64,000 nt of DNA, from contig CP147780.1 in assembly GCA_037310415.1 (NCBI GenBank), forward strand, positions 1,888,001 to 1,952,000. The letters run 5' to 3'. Positions 19,758 to 29,105 of this stretch are shown piece after piece. Below the pieces are notes generated by a model. It ran no database searches. It was not told where the DNA came from and saw only the letters and a program-made list of their open reading frames with translations. This DNA comes from Candidatus Atabeyarchaeum deiterrae (GTDB taxonomy: Archaea > Asgardarchaeota > Atabeyarchaeia > Atabeyarchaeales > Atabeyarchaeaceae). The position numbers were made by a program, and so were the translations under genes. Each line of letters begins with the position of its first letter. Within the stretch, counting starts at the first letter, position 1.

Positions 19758-20030
19758 ATGTTCGGGTATAAGAAACCCTGCCGTTACTGTGATGCACTTA
19801 TACCACCTGAATCGAACGTATGCCCTGCATGTGGCAAGGTAAATCCAATCGGGCCACTAAGATGCCCCAAATGTCGAAACCCAATCGAGAAGGGGTGGAA
19901 GGCATGCAGCAAGTGTGGCTTGTCGCTAGAAGCGAAATGCCCAAAATGCCACAAGACAACGTTCTTCGGGGACTACTGCGAGCATTGCGGAGCTCCCCTA
20001 GCAGGTGTTCTTGAGAAGTCAAAGAAGTAG
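19758..20030 (+). CDS. Double zinc-ribbon protein
   Basis: Six CxxC pairs in 90 aa; GGAGG upstream of ATG 19758. Confidence 0.85.
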   Translation: MFGYKKPCRYCDALIPPESNVCPACGKVNPIGPLRCPKCRNPIEKGWKACSKCGLSLEAKCPKCHKTTFFGDYCEHCGAPLAGVLEKSKK

Positions 20031-20098
20031 CAGTTACCGAGTGAGAGATGCCAAACTCTATCCGAACAATCAAATAGGGAGGAGGGGAGAAGACAAGA

Positions 20099-20764
20099 AT
20101 GACGCTAAAACCATTCACGAAAAACTTCGCGGATAATAGCACCGAAGCGGGATTTCAGTTCACCTTCTTCTGCGACCTTTGTGGCGATGGATTCAAAACA
20201 TCCTTCCAGGCATCAAAGACCTACAAGAAAGGAGGACTACTAAGAGGACTAGGAAAAGCAGTCTCAGTGGGCGCATCCCTCGCTGGCAAGAGCCAAGCTG
20301 GATGGGCAGCGCAAAGTGGAACCGACATAATAGGCGAGAGATTCTCAGGAATGTCTCCCCAGTGGCACAAGGAACATGAAGCGGCATTTACATCAGCTCA
20401 AAGCGAAGCCCAAGGACATTTCCACAGATGCGCAAAATGCAAGAAATATGTATGCGACAACGACTGGAATGAAGAAGAAGGACTTTGCGTCAACGATGCC
20501 CCCCGCGAGGCCGTTGAGGTCTCAGCTGCCAGAGCAGCCAAGAGAGTTGAAGACATACAAGAGAAGGCAAAGACCACAACTGTCTTCAAGGGAGAAATCA
20601 CTGGCAGGCAGACGACTTGCCCCAAATGCGGCAAACCAGCAGGAACTGGCAAATTCTGCAACAATTGCGGCGCACCATTAGGTCTAGTAGTATGTCCAAA
20701 ATGCGGAGCGCAGAACCAAGCAGGAACGAGATTCTGCGGCGAATGCGGCACGAAACTTGCCTAG
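20099..20764 (+). CDS. Zinc-ribbon domain protein
   Basis: GFQFTFFCDLCG, CAKCKKYVC, C-terminal double zinc ribbon; GGAGG RBS. Confidence 0.85.
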   Translation: MTLKPFTKNFADNSTEAGFQFTFFCDLCGDGFKTSFQASKTYKKGGLLRGLGKAVSVGASLAGKSQAGWAAQSGTDIIGERFSGMSPQWHKEHEAAFTSAQSEAQGHFHRCAKCKKYVCDNDWNEEEGLCVNDAPREAVEVSAARAAKRVEDIQEKAKTTTVFKGEITGRQTTCPKCGKPAGTGKFCNNCGAPLGLVVCPKCGAQNQAGTRFCGECGTKLA

Positions 20765-20815
20765 AAAACCTCGTCGACTCAATAGTTATGTCGACGTCTC
20801 CTTTTTCCTCTTTTT

Positions 20816-20995
20816 TCACCTCAAAATGATTCCGGCAATTAGAAGAACAATGAACAAGGTGAATTCGACGATAACTCTCGGATGAGTGACTGATATATTC
20901 AACTTCCGCAGGTTCGACAAAGTGTAAACGAGAAACGCAAGTGGCAAGAGAGCGATTAGAAGGAGAATGTTGCCGAGCGCAAACATACCATCCAA
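20816..20995 (-). CDS. Small two-TM membrane protein
   Basis: Two hydrophobic helices; AGGAGAGAGG upstream of TTG. Confidence 0.55.
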   Translation of the reverse strand: MDGMFALGNILLLIALLPLAFLVYTLSNLRKLNISVTHPRVIVEFTLFIVLLIAGIILR

Positions 20996-21276
20996 GTTAT
21001 CCTCTCTCCTTGCCTTCTTCGCTGTCGCGCACACGTTTAATCAACTTCTCAGTTCCGCTGATATTTGAGCTTTGGCATCGCGCGATGTGATTAGACAGGT
21101 CTTGTTTTCTCCCCCTTACCAGCGACCCTGCAACATTCGCCACTTCATCCATCAGCCTGATTCTCATGGAGTTCTGCTACCAAGCGTACCTACCTGTCAA
21201 CAATACTTGGTAAGCCGATGCCATCGATCATGGTTCAACCATTTTGACTGTCAGTCCCCCGCCCTATTCGTTTCAA

Positions 21277-21347
21277 TCTGCTAGTGACCAAAGTTACCGA
21301 CTTCACAAGGAAAATCTTAAATACACCCTGTTCTAACCTTATAACGG
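21277..21347 (+). promoter_or_regulatory. Promoter/operator cassette copy 1 (BRE-like AGGAAAA, TATA CTTAAATA, palindrome GTTCTAA-CC-TTATAAC)
   Basis: 65/71 identical to 25401-25471; ends just upstream of ATG 21355. Confidence 0.85.
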
Positions 21348-21354
21348 TGATATT

Positions 21355-22584
21355 ATGGTAGCTGTAAAGAGTAGCGTAAATTGGGGCTCCATGGAAGGGG
21401 CTCCTAAGTGGTATGGAAAAGGAACCCCCTACACAAAGCTTAATTTTCCATTTTCAGAGGAAGAGGAACTAGAGCTAGACAGATACTGCGAAAAGATCAA
21501 GGAGAACATCTCAAAAGACAAAATGACTCCTTGGGAAAGATGGAACGCCACAATAAAAGGCGAAGAAGTTGACACGATTAACGTACACTTACATCCCGAG
21601 ACAACATATTCAATCAAAGTGCTTGACGGCTACGCTAACGCCATTAAGCCAATAGACTCTTTCCGAAACCCGAAACTGTTTCTGAAGGCGCATCTAGCAA
21701 CCGCTGCAAGATTTGCTCCCCACAACCTACAGGTCTATTCATATAGTTATGGCGAAGCGGAATGGGGTGGCAAGGCTAAGCTACTGGACCTCGCTCATCC
21801 AGTAATGGTCGAACCCAGCGTAAAAACCATGGACGACGTCGACAGGCTAGTAGTCCCAGATCCGAAGAAAGATGGGACATATCCAGGTATGCTATGGGCT
21901 ATAAAAAAGATGAAGGAACTATTCAAGAAGAATGGACTCGCTGGCATCGTACCGATTTTGCCATCTTGTTGCACACCGGCCGAATGGATCATTCCAGAAT
22001 GCGTAAGAGGACTCAAGTTGGGCTTCCTTGACGCGATAAAGAACCCTGATATGTGGCACGCAATGATGAAGAAGACAACTGAGTTTGAAATCAGATTTGC
22101 TCAGGCACTATGGGAAGCCGGTGGGGACTACGTCTGGTGTTGCCAACACCATTCAGCATGGCCTCCAGATATTTTCAAGGAACGCATTGCGCCCTACTGC
22201 GCTGAGCTAGCTAAACGTGGTCCACTCGACTCTTGGTATTACGCTGCCAATCAGGAAACCCATGTGCAAATCATGGCTGACGCGGGCGGTTATGACCCCT
22301 GCAAATATCTCTTCTTCACAACGGACACGCCAGTAGAATTTGCAAGACAATTCACAAAGAGTATTGACAAGGCATATGTATGCTGCGAACCTGACAAAGC
22401 GCTTCTAACGGACTTACCGACGCTGGAAGCAACCGTCAAGGAGCACATCAAAATTGGAACTTCAATTCCAGGGGTGGGATTCGCAATGGCAGCCGGTGCA
22501 ATAGACTACTGGACGCCCCCCCAGAACGTCGATGCATTCGTCAAATACGTAAAGGAGTACGGGAAGTCTCCCACAAAGCCGTGA
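21355..22584 (+). CDS. Uroporphyrinogen decarboxylase/MtaA-superfamily methyltransferase (MT1/MtoB-like)
   Basis: MTPWERWNATIKGEEVD, DDVDRLVVPDPKKDG, TPPQNVDAFV; directly upstream of a corrinoid protein. Confidence 0.8.
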   Translation: MVAVKSSVNWGSMEGAPKWYGKGTPYTKLNFPFSEEEELELDRYCEKIKENISKDKMTPWERWNATIKGEEVDTINVHLHPETTYSIKVLDGYANAIKPIDSFRNPKLFLKAHLATAARFAPHNLQVYSYSYGEAEWGGKAKLLDLAHPVMVEPSVKTMDDVDRLVVPDPKKDGTYPGMLWAIKKMKELFKKNGLAGIVPILPSCCTPAEWIIPECVRGLKLGFLDAIKNPDMWHAMMKKTTEFEIRFAQALWEAGGDYVWCCQHHSAWPPDIFKERIAPYCAELAKRGPLDSWYYAANQETHVQIMADAGGYDPCKYLFFTTDTPVEFARQFTKSIDKAYVCCEPDKALLTDLPTLEATVKEHIKIGTSIPGVGFAMAAGAIDYWTPPQNVDAFVKYVKEYGKSPTKP

Positions 22585-22611
22585 AACCACGCGCATGTAT
22601 TGTATTGAGGT

Positions 22612-23280
22612 GTGTATAAAATGGCACAAGCACTTCTCGAACAGATCAAACAAGGAATCCTCGATGAAAACGAAGAACTAGTGAAAGAGTCGGTAAAGAA
22701 AGCCTTGGCTGCGAAGGTTTCGGCCTACGACATACTCATGAAAGGATTACAACCCGCCTTGATCGCATCAGGTGCAAAGTACGAGAAAAACCAATTCTTC
22801 CTCACTGACCTAATGATGGTAGGCGACATAACAACAGCTGTGATGGAAGTTCTAACGCCTCTCCTAAAAGCGCAGAAAGCCAAGAGCGCTGGGAAGGTGG
22901 TAATCGGCACAGTCGAGGGAGACGTTCATAACATCGGCAAAAGCATCGTGAGTTCGGTGCTTACTGGCGCTGGATATGAGGTTTATGACATCGGTGAGGA
23001 TCAACCGGCCAAGAACTTCGTCAGCAAGACTCAAGAGCTGAAAGCGGACATTGTGGGCGCTTCAGCGATCCTCGGCGGCGCGAAATTCCACGTTGGAGAA
23101 ATCAATGAGGAGCTCAAAAAGGCTGGAATCAGAGACAAAGTAGGGCTAATCTGCGGAGGCTGGGGATTCACAGAGAATGTAGCGAAAGGTTTCGGGGCTG
23201 ATCACTGTGGCGACGACGCTTGGGACGCTCTAAGAAAAACCGATGAGCTTATGAAAAAGCTGGGAAAGAAGGCCAAATAA
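22612..23280 (+). CDS. Cognate corrinoid (B12-binding) protein
   Basis: Helical cap (G.KYE..FFL.DLM), GTVEGDVHNIGK (DxHxxG), VGASA, ICGG. Confidence 0.92.
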   Translation: MYKMAQALLEQIKQGILDENEELVKESVKKALAAKVSAYDILMKGLQPALIASGAKYEKNQFFLTDLMMVGDITTAVMEVLTPLLKAQKAKSAGKVVIGTVEGDVHNIGKSIVSSVLTGAGYEVYDIGEDQPAKNFVSKTQELKADIVGASAILGGAKFHVGEINEELKKAGIRDKVGLICGGWGFTENVAKGFGADHCGDDAWDALRKTDELMKKLGKKAK

Positions 23281-23489
23281 CCCTAGCTTCCAACTTTTGT
23301 TTTTGCCATAATAATCGACTACTAGGCCACTTTAGGAAGTCATTCGCTGCGCACAGTTACCCAGGTGCGTAATGGTATCACAGATAAACATCACTCTGGA
23401 AGAACTCATCTACTAAGACAAACAGCCTCTAACCGGAGGATCATGCCTCAACTGAGAAGTCAAAGCATCTGCAAAATGAGGGAAATCAA

Positions 23490-23795
23490 ATGGATGTCTA
23501 TAGGTGTGTGAAGTGTGGAAACACTTATCCTACTAGGGAACAGGCACATCTTTGCGAAAACAGTCCCATCTCTCCATTCAAGTATGAAATCGGTGACACA
23601 GTCATAAGTGGATTTCAATCCCACATAACGAATAAGAAAATCACGTTGAATGGCAAAGTAGAGGAGAGATGGATACAAGGTCTCTCGAAGAAGGGAGAGT
23701 CCCCACACAGAAACATGTACAAACTACGAGTTGTCAGCAGTGAAAAAGGGCTTATTGCCATACGCTACGAGGAGCAAATAATCGGAAAGGCCTGA
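23490..23795 (+). CDS. Small hypothetical protein with N-terminal zinc finger
   Basis: YRCVKCGNTYPTREQAHLCE followed by a beta-rich FKYEIGDTV segment; GAGGG RBS. Confidence 0.65.
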   Translation: MDVYRCVKCGNTYPTREQAHLCENSPISPFKYEIGDTVISGFQSHITNKKITLNGKVEERWIQGLSKKGESPHRNMYKLRVVSSEKGLIAIRYEEQIIGKA

Positions 23796-23906
23796 AATAG
23801 TCCAATGGATGAGGTCTTAGGTCTTCAGCTCTTCGATGCAATCAAGATGAGAATGGCTCTTAGAAAACATGGTCAGAAGAAATCAACCTTAACTGAGGCG
23901 AAAGAT

Positions 23907-24314
23907 TTGGTCAGAGTAAACGACTATGAAGTTCGCGAAGGATTATATTACTCCGAAGATTACCTGTGGCTGCGCATCGAGGACGCATCAGTAAGAATAG
24001 GAATAATCGACTACGCGCAGAAACAACTGCATGAAATCGTTTACGTTGAGCTTCTCAGCGCAGGTGACACAATCAAACAAAATACGCCGTTAGGAACCGT
24101 GGAATCAGCAAAATCTGTCACTGATTTGGTTGCCCCCGTAAGCGGCACTATCGAGCAGATCAACGAAGAGGTGGTTGACAGGCCAGAGCTTATCAATGAT
24201 GATCCATATGGCAAGGGATGGCTTGTGATTGTTTCTCCAACCAACCTTGATGAGGAATTGAAGCGACTCATGCCTGACAAAAGGGCCGTGGAGTGGCATA
24301 AGAAGCTCACCTAA
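23907..24314 (+). CDS. gcvH: Glycine cleavage H-like lipoyl-carrier protein
   Basis: IGIIDYAQKQL, VESAKSVTD (lipoyl-Lys), APVSG, PELINDDPYGKGWL. Likely TTG start at 23907. Confidence 0.9.
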   Translation: MVRVNDYEVREGLYYSEDYLWLRIEDASVRIGIIDYAQKQLHEIVYVELLSAGDTIKQNTPLGTVESAKSVTDLVAPVSGTIEQINEEVVDRPELINDDPYGKGWLVIVSPTNLDEELKRLMPDKRAVEWHKKLT

Positions 24315-24375
24315 CGGGGGCCAATCACTTACCCAATCAACCGTTCTGGACAGAATTACTGGAGGTTGACACTAA

Positions 24376-25299
24376 TTGTTCAGATTTGAGAAAGAACAGC
24401 AAGTACTCGACATTGCGGGGGTCAAGGTAGGCGGTCAGCCAGGTGAATATCCAACGGTTCTCGTCGGAAGCATATTCTATGACAGACACAAAATAGTCAG
24501 CAATGAAGCGAAAGGTGAGTTTGACAAGAAACAGGCTGAACTGCTAATCAACAAAGTCAAAGAGATGTCTGAAAAAACCAAGAACCCGTTCTTCCTTGAC
24601 GTCGTCGCTAACACACCTGAAGCGCTAATTAAATATGTTGATTATATTTCTAGCGCAACAGACTGTCCATTCTTCATCGATGGCCCATCACCGAAAGTCA
24701 GGATACCAGCGACAAAACATGCCATGGAAATTGGGCTACGAGAAAGAGCGATTTACAACTCGATCGACTACCTCGTTACAGATGAGGAAGCAAAGGCTCT
24801 ACGGAATCTCAACGTAAAAAACGCCGTCGTAATGGCGTTTACCCCCAAGAAACCTCTAACCGAGGGGAGAGTAGATATTCTAAGGGGATACCCTGGGCAG
24901 AAAGGATTGCTGAGGTTCGCTGAGGAAGCAGGAGTCAAAAACACGCTTGTCGATACAGCTGTCACCGATGTTCCAGGCATAGGCATAGCCGCCAAAGCAA
25001 TTCATCTCGTCAAGAAAGAGTTTGGGTTGCCAACTGGATGTGGACCAGCGAATGCCGTGACCCAATGGAAAAGATTGAAAAAAGGTGAGTTCGGACAACA
25101 AGGATACAACGTCTGTTCTGGTGGCTCAGGAATAGTCACCCAAATGATGGGCGCCAACTTCGTTCTATTCGGTCCAATTGAGCTTTCTGAATCAGCGTTC
25201 ATAGCATGTGCCATGACAGATGCCATTACAGCTTACACGGCGAAAAGGATGGGAACGACCATAAAGGCAACGGATCACCCACTCTACAATATCTTCTAG
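24376..25299 (+). CDS. mtrH: MtrH-family pterin:corrinoid methyltransferase (stand-alone, MtoA/MtgA-like)
   Basis: FRFEKEQ, GGQPGEYPTVLVGSIFY, IYNSI, LVDTA, FGLPTGCG, FVLFGPIE; no other mtr subunits in the window. Confidence 0.9.
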   Translation: MFRFEKEQQVLDIAGVKVGGQPGEYPTVLVGSIFYDRHKIVSNEAKGEFDKKQAELLINKVKEMSEKTKNPFFLDVVANTPEALIKYVDYISSATDCPFFIDGPSPKVRIPATKHAMEIGLRERAIYNSIDYLVTDEEAKALRNLNVKNAVVMAFTPKKPLTEGRVDILRGYPGQKGLLRFAEEAGVKNTLVDTAVTDVPGIGIAAKAIHLVKKEFGLPTGCGPANAVTQWKRLKKGEFGQQGYNVCSGGSGIVTQMMGANFVLFGPIELSESAFIACAMTDAITAYTAKRMGTTIKATDHPLYNIF

Positions 25300-25400
25300 G
25301 CGCCCCCGCAGATTATCTTCGTTGATAAGGTATCGTATCGTTCCGATTACAGATGAACTCTTTTGGTCATCAAAGCTTCCCAGCTGCATATGCGTGCCAG

Positions 25401-25471
25401 TCTGCTGGTGACCAAGGTTAGCGACGACACAAGGAAAATCTTAAATATACCCTGTTCTAACCTTATAACGG
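25401..25471 (+). promoter_or_regulatory. Promoter/operator cassette copy 2
   Basis: 65/71 identical to 21277-21347; about 45 nt upstream of the SCP2 start. Confidence 0.85.
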
Positions 25472-25515
25472 CTACATATTGATGAATTCAATAAAAGTGG
25501 ATTAGAGGGATGTGT

Positions 25516-25869
25516 ATGTCTCAAAAGAAAGAAAAAGTGGCAGATGAAGTCATGAAGACCGTTCAGCAAAGGCTCAACGAAAGCAAGGACGCGACGAAAG
25601 GCTGGGGTAAGATGGTTCAACAGATTTTCAGTGATATCGGCATCGGATATCGCCTGAAATTCGCCAAGGATGGAACAGTGACAATGGAAAAAGTGAAGGC
25701 GTCAGAAATAAGGACAAAAGACGCAGCAGCAACGGTCACCGTCGATGTGGACACGATGAAGGACTTGATTGACGGGAAGCTACCACCAATGGAAGCAATG
25801 GGAACCGGAAAAATCAAGGTCGACGGGGATATGACTGCGCTATTGAAACTGTTACCAGCGTTTGGATGA
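25516..25869 (+). CDS. SCP2 sterol/lipid-binding domain protein
   Basis: AAATVTVDVDTMKDLIDGKLPPMEAMGTGKIKVDGDMTALLKL matches the SCP2 C-terminal signature. Confidence 0.88.
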   Translation: MSQKKEKVADEVMKTVQQRLNESKDATKGWGKMVQQIFSDIGIGYRLKFAKDGTVTMEKVKASEIRTKDAAATVTVDVDTMKDLIDGKLPPMEAMGTGKIKVDGDMTALLKLLPAFG

Positions 25870-26256
25870 AGAGTATCTTGAAAGATACGTTGACACTCAA
25901 ATGACTTCGAGCTCGCGGTCGACCGAAATTCTCCCTTTCTTCAATTCGCCTCCTCTCCTTTTTCATTGACAGGCTTAGAAACAAGGGGTAATTGGCAACG
26001 ATTCTCCTATCTATCGATGCCAACCCTGTAACTGATATAGCATCAATGAGTTAGGTGTAGATTCTGAACACTGCCATGACTGCTCCTGCGAGTGGGTTTG
26101 GTGTTGACTTTCGTAGCACCGCTCTGTGTTCTATTGCGACCGCGCCCATTAATATTTAACTTTGTGTCTGATAATAGACATAGAGTTGAGGGCGATGGGC
26201 AACACACTTCAATGTCCCCTAATAGGACCCTAACCCATAATCAAACTCCAGAATAG

Positions 26257-27027
26257 GTGTCGGAAATGCCACGCACGAAGCCTACAATGCCGTTGACAGG
26301 TAAGATCCCAGAACACCTGCCCGCAAGCGACATAGTTGTTCTAGCACAAGTTGCCGCTGGAAAGGAGGGTATCTCTGGAAAAGACATTGACAAAGCTCTA
26401 GATTCTCGAGGCGCAAGAAACTGGGCAGACGTCGGTTCATCATCAGTATACAACTGCTTAAGCAGACTTGAGATGTACACGTATGTCAAAGGTGAGCAGA
26501 GCAAGAGAGAGGGTCACGAAGTCAAACTCTATTACATGACTCAGATGGGCGCGGAAGTCCTCAAGAAGGAGCTGATATATCGACTTAGTACCCCCAAGAT
26601 AATTCATGACGAGCTAGACATATCCATAGCGCATCTGCCTCTGCTGAAGAAACAAGATGTGCTGAATGCTTTGGAGTCTTACATGGAACTGGTAGACGAG
26701 GGATTGCAGTATGCGGAATCCTTCATTTCCCCTATGAAACAGTTTGGTCTCCTGCTGCAGAACAGTCCCAGTCAGCGAATCGCAGACAGGACGATTGCAG
26801 ACATCGATCCTCGGGACGTGGAGTTGATTCTCGCTCTCCTAGAGCGCCCTTACCGAGAGCTGCGATCTAAGAAGCAGTGGCTCAGGGAGTTCATCGAGAA
26901 GGTCAAAGATGGCTACGTGTGGTGCGCAGATCAACAGCCAAAGGTGCAGGCAATCGCTCAGGACAAGACGCAGCGAGATCTCGAGCAGAAGAGGAAGGAG
27001 AGGGGCAAGAAAGGTATCCTGATATAA
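26257..27027 (+). CDS. PadR-like winged-helix transcription regulator
   Basis: RNWADVGSSSVYNCLSRLE...KLYYMTQMG..VLK, followed by a helical C-domain. Confidence 0.75.
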   Translation: MSEMPRTKPTMPLTGKIPEHLPASDIVVLAQVAAGKEGISGKDIDKALDSRGARNWADVGSSSVYNCLSRLEMYTYVKGEQSKREGHEVKLYYMTQMGAEVLKKELIYRLSTPKIIHDELDISIAHLPLLKKQDVLNALESYMELVDEGLQYAESFISPMKQFGLLLQNSPSQRIADRTIADIDPRDVELILALLERPYRELRSKKQWLREFIEKVKDGYVWCADQQPKVQAIAQDKTQRDLEQKRKERGKKGILI

Positions 27028-27043
27028 AGGAGACGGAGACCAA

Positions 27044-28312
27044 ATGTCGACCTCGAAATCGGATAAGAGAACTATCCAGAGCGAGAGAAAAGAGAAAGGC
27101 AAACTCCCAGAGGCTGATTACGGCAATATAGGAGTCACCGGTGAAGTATTCAGGTTAGAGAACTTCAAACACATTGCAGGGCACAACTGTCAGTTCTCCA
27201 GTCTACGGAAAACCTTTGCTTACCTCGGCTGGGATTATTCTGAGGATATGTTGTTGGGCTTGGCGTCGGCGCTGGGGATGCTTTACTGGGAAATGAAACT
27301 GATGCCAGTACCATTCATAGGCGCACTAAACGCAAAGGAACTGGAGATATTTGAGCGGACCGTCACACGACTAGGCGGAAAGGTGATACCTCACATAACC
27401 AGCTCACCGTTGAAAGCCCATCAAGAACTCAAAGACATGCTGAGGAGAGGAATGCCTGCTATCACGTTTGTTGATATGGCATTCTTGCCATATTTCTTCA
27501 GAGATGACGCGAAAATCCCATTTGAAGAAGCTCATTTTGGCGGCCATACTGTCGTCGTGTATGGAATAGATGAAAAAGGAGGAACTGTGTGTATTTCGGA
27601 CCGTCTCGCACACCCAGTCCAGGTGCCTCTGACGTATTTCCAGATGGCACGTGCAAGTGGATACCAGCCCTTCCCACCAAAGCACAAGCTTGTAGAGCTG
27701 AGACTTCCAGAAAAACCAAGATCACTCGAAGAGGTGCTTCCGGGAGCCATAAAAGCAAACCTCGAATGGATGACAAACCCACCGATATCCAACTTTGGTC
27801 TCAAAGGCTTACTGAGATTCAAGGAAGCATTTCCCAAATGGCATAAGACGTATGACGCTGACAAGCTGCTGCTGGCACTGTCAAGCACGTTTATCTACAT
27901 GGAAACTGGAGGCAGCGGAGGAGCATGGTGCAGAGTGATGTACTCACGATTCTTGAAGGAAGCTTCCGAAGCGCTACACCAGCCTAAGCTCGCCGAAGTA
28001 GCCAGAATTTTCGAAGATGAGGTTCAGGCAATCAGAGAACTAGAGTCAACAATCCTCCCAGACGAATTAGCGAACATGGCTCGGATAAGAGAAATATTCA
28101 TTGAGAGCAACAGAATTCAAGAGCAAATGCCAAACGACTATAGGCACAGGCTCAGAGAACTCGACGACAAAATGAGAGCCGCAGTCAACGCAGCGAAAGA
28201 AGACGACTACCAAAAGTACGCGCCTCAAATTTCAAAAGTGCAAGCAGCAATTCAGAAAGTTCACGACCTAGAATCAAAGGCATGGAACGAAATGAAAGTC
28301 ATACCACTCTAA
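27044..28312 (+). CDS. BtrH N-terminal-domain protein (papain-like/C39 fold) with DUF4872-like C-terminus
   Basis: HNCQFSSLR, SEDMLLGL, VDMAFLPY, HFGGHTVVVYG, ISD, GGSGG..R.MY.RFL.EA. Confidence 0.82.
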   Translation: MSTSKSDKRTIQSERKEKGKLPEADYGNIGVTGEVFRLENFKHIAGHNCQFSSLRKTFAYLGWDYSEDMLLGLASALGMLYWEMKLMPVPFIGALNAKELEIFERTVTRLGGKVIPHITSSPLKAHQELKDMLRRGMPAITFVDMAFLPYFFRDDAKIPFEEAHFGGHTVVVYGIDEKGGTVCISDRLAHPVQVPLTYFQMARASGYQPFPPKHKLVELRLPEKPRSLEEVLPGAIKANLEWMTNPPISNFGLKGLLRFKEAFPKWHKTYDADKLLLALSSTFIYMETGGSGGAWCRVMYSRFLKEASEALHQPKLAEVARIFEDEVQAIRELESTILPDELANMARIREIFIESNRIQEQMPNDYRHRLRELDDKMRAAVNAAKEDDYQKYAPQISKVQAAIQKVHDLESKAWNEMKVIPL

Positions 28313-28388
28313 GAGCTACTGCTGTGCTCTCTTGCTTCGGGATAAGCGAACTATTCAGTGGAGAATAAGAATGTAGCAGGGAATAGAA

Positions 28389-29096
28389 ATGGACCGTGAT
28401 CAGGTTCTAGAGAAGATAAAATCACTCGGCAATCCTGAAGCGGTAGCCGGTATGGCACGCTATGGAATCAATCCCAAAAACACTTACGGGGTCTCAATGC
28501 CAAACCTAAGGTCAATGGGAAAAGCAATAGGAACCAACCACAAGTTGGCGGAGGAACTCTGGTCATCAGGAATTCATGAGGCTCGAATTCTTGCGGGCAT
28601 TGTCGATGATCCGAAAGCCACCACGGAGGAACAGATGGAACGTTGGGCGAGAGACTTCGACTCTTGGGATGTCTGCGACCAATGCTGCAAGAACCTCTTT
28701 GCCAGAACCCGATTTGTCGAGAAGAAAGTGGAAGAGTGGACGCGAAGAACGGAGGAATTCGTTAAAAGAGCAGGGTTCGTTCTGATGGCTGAAATGGCGG
28801 TTCACCACAAGGATACACAGGATCCAGTGTTCATGAATTTCCTGCGTATCATACGACGTGAGGCAACCGATGAAAGAAACTACGTTAAGAAAGCCATCGA
28901 TTGGGCGCTAAGACAGATCGGCAAAAGAAACCTTCACTTGAATGAGAAGGCCATCATCATGGCCAGAACAATTGGGAAAATCGATTCGAAATCTGCTCGA
29001 TGGACGGCTTCAAACGCACTTAAAGAGTTACAAAGTGAGAAAATCATGAGGAAACTCCAACACAAGGTCAGCAACTATCATAAGCATAGTTGCTAG
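28389..29096 (+). CDS. DNA alkylation repair protein (AlkD-like HEAT glycosylase)
   Basis: FDSWDVCDQCC, EEFVKRAGF, DERNYVKKAIDWALRQIGKRN. Confidence 0.88.
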   Translation: MDRDQVLEKIKSLGNPEAVAGMARYGINPKNTYGVSMPNLRSMGKAIGTNHKLAEELWSSGIHEARILAGIVDDPKATTEEQMERWARDFDSWDVCDQCCKNLFARTRFVEKKVEEWTRRTEEFVKRAGFVLMAEMAVHHKDTQDPVFMNFLRIIRREATDERNYVKKAIDWALRQIGKRNLHLNEKAIIMARTIGKIDSKSARWTASNALKELQSEKIMRKLQHKVSNYHKHSC

Positions 29097-29105
29097 CCTC
29101 AATGC

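Noticed and set aside
21355-25299. Pyrrolysine or selenocysteine read-through in the methyltransferase cluster
   Set aside because: All ORFs are full length with no in-frame TAG/TGA splitting a domain; no MttB/MtmB-type gene or SECIS-like element was seen.
26188-26240. GGCGATGG resembling the start of a fluoride riboswitch
   Set aside because: The complementary CGCC and the downstream conserved elements are absent, and the next gene is not fluoride-related.
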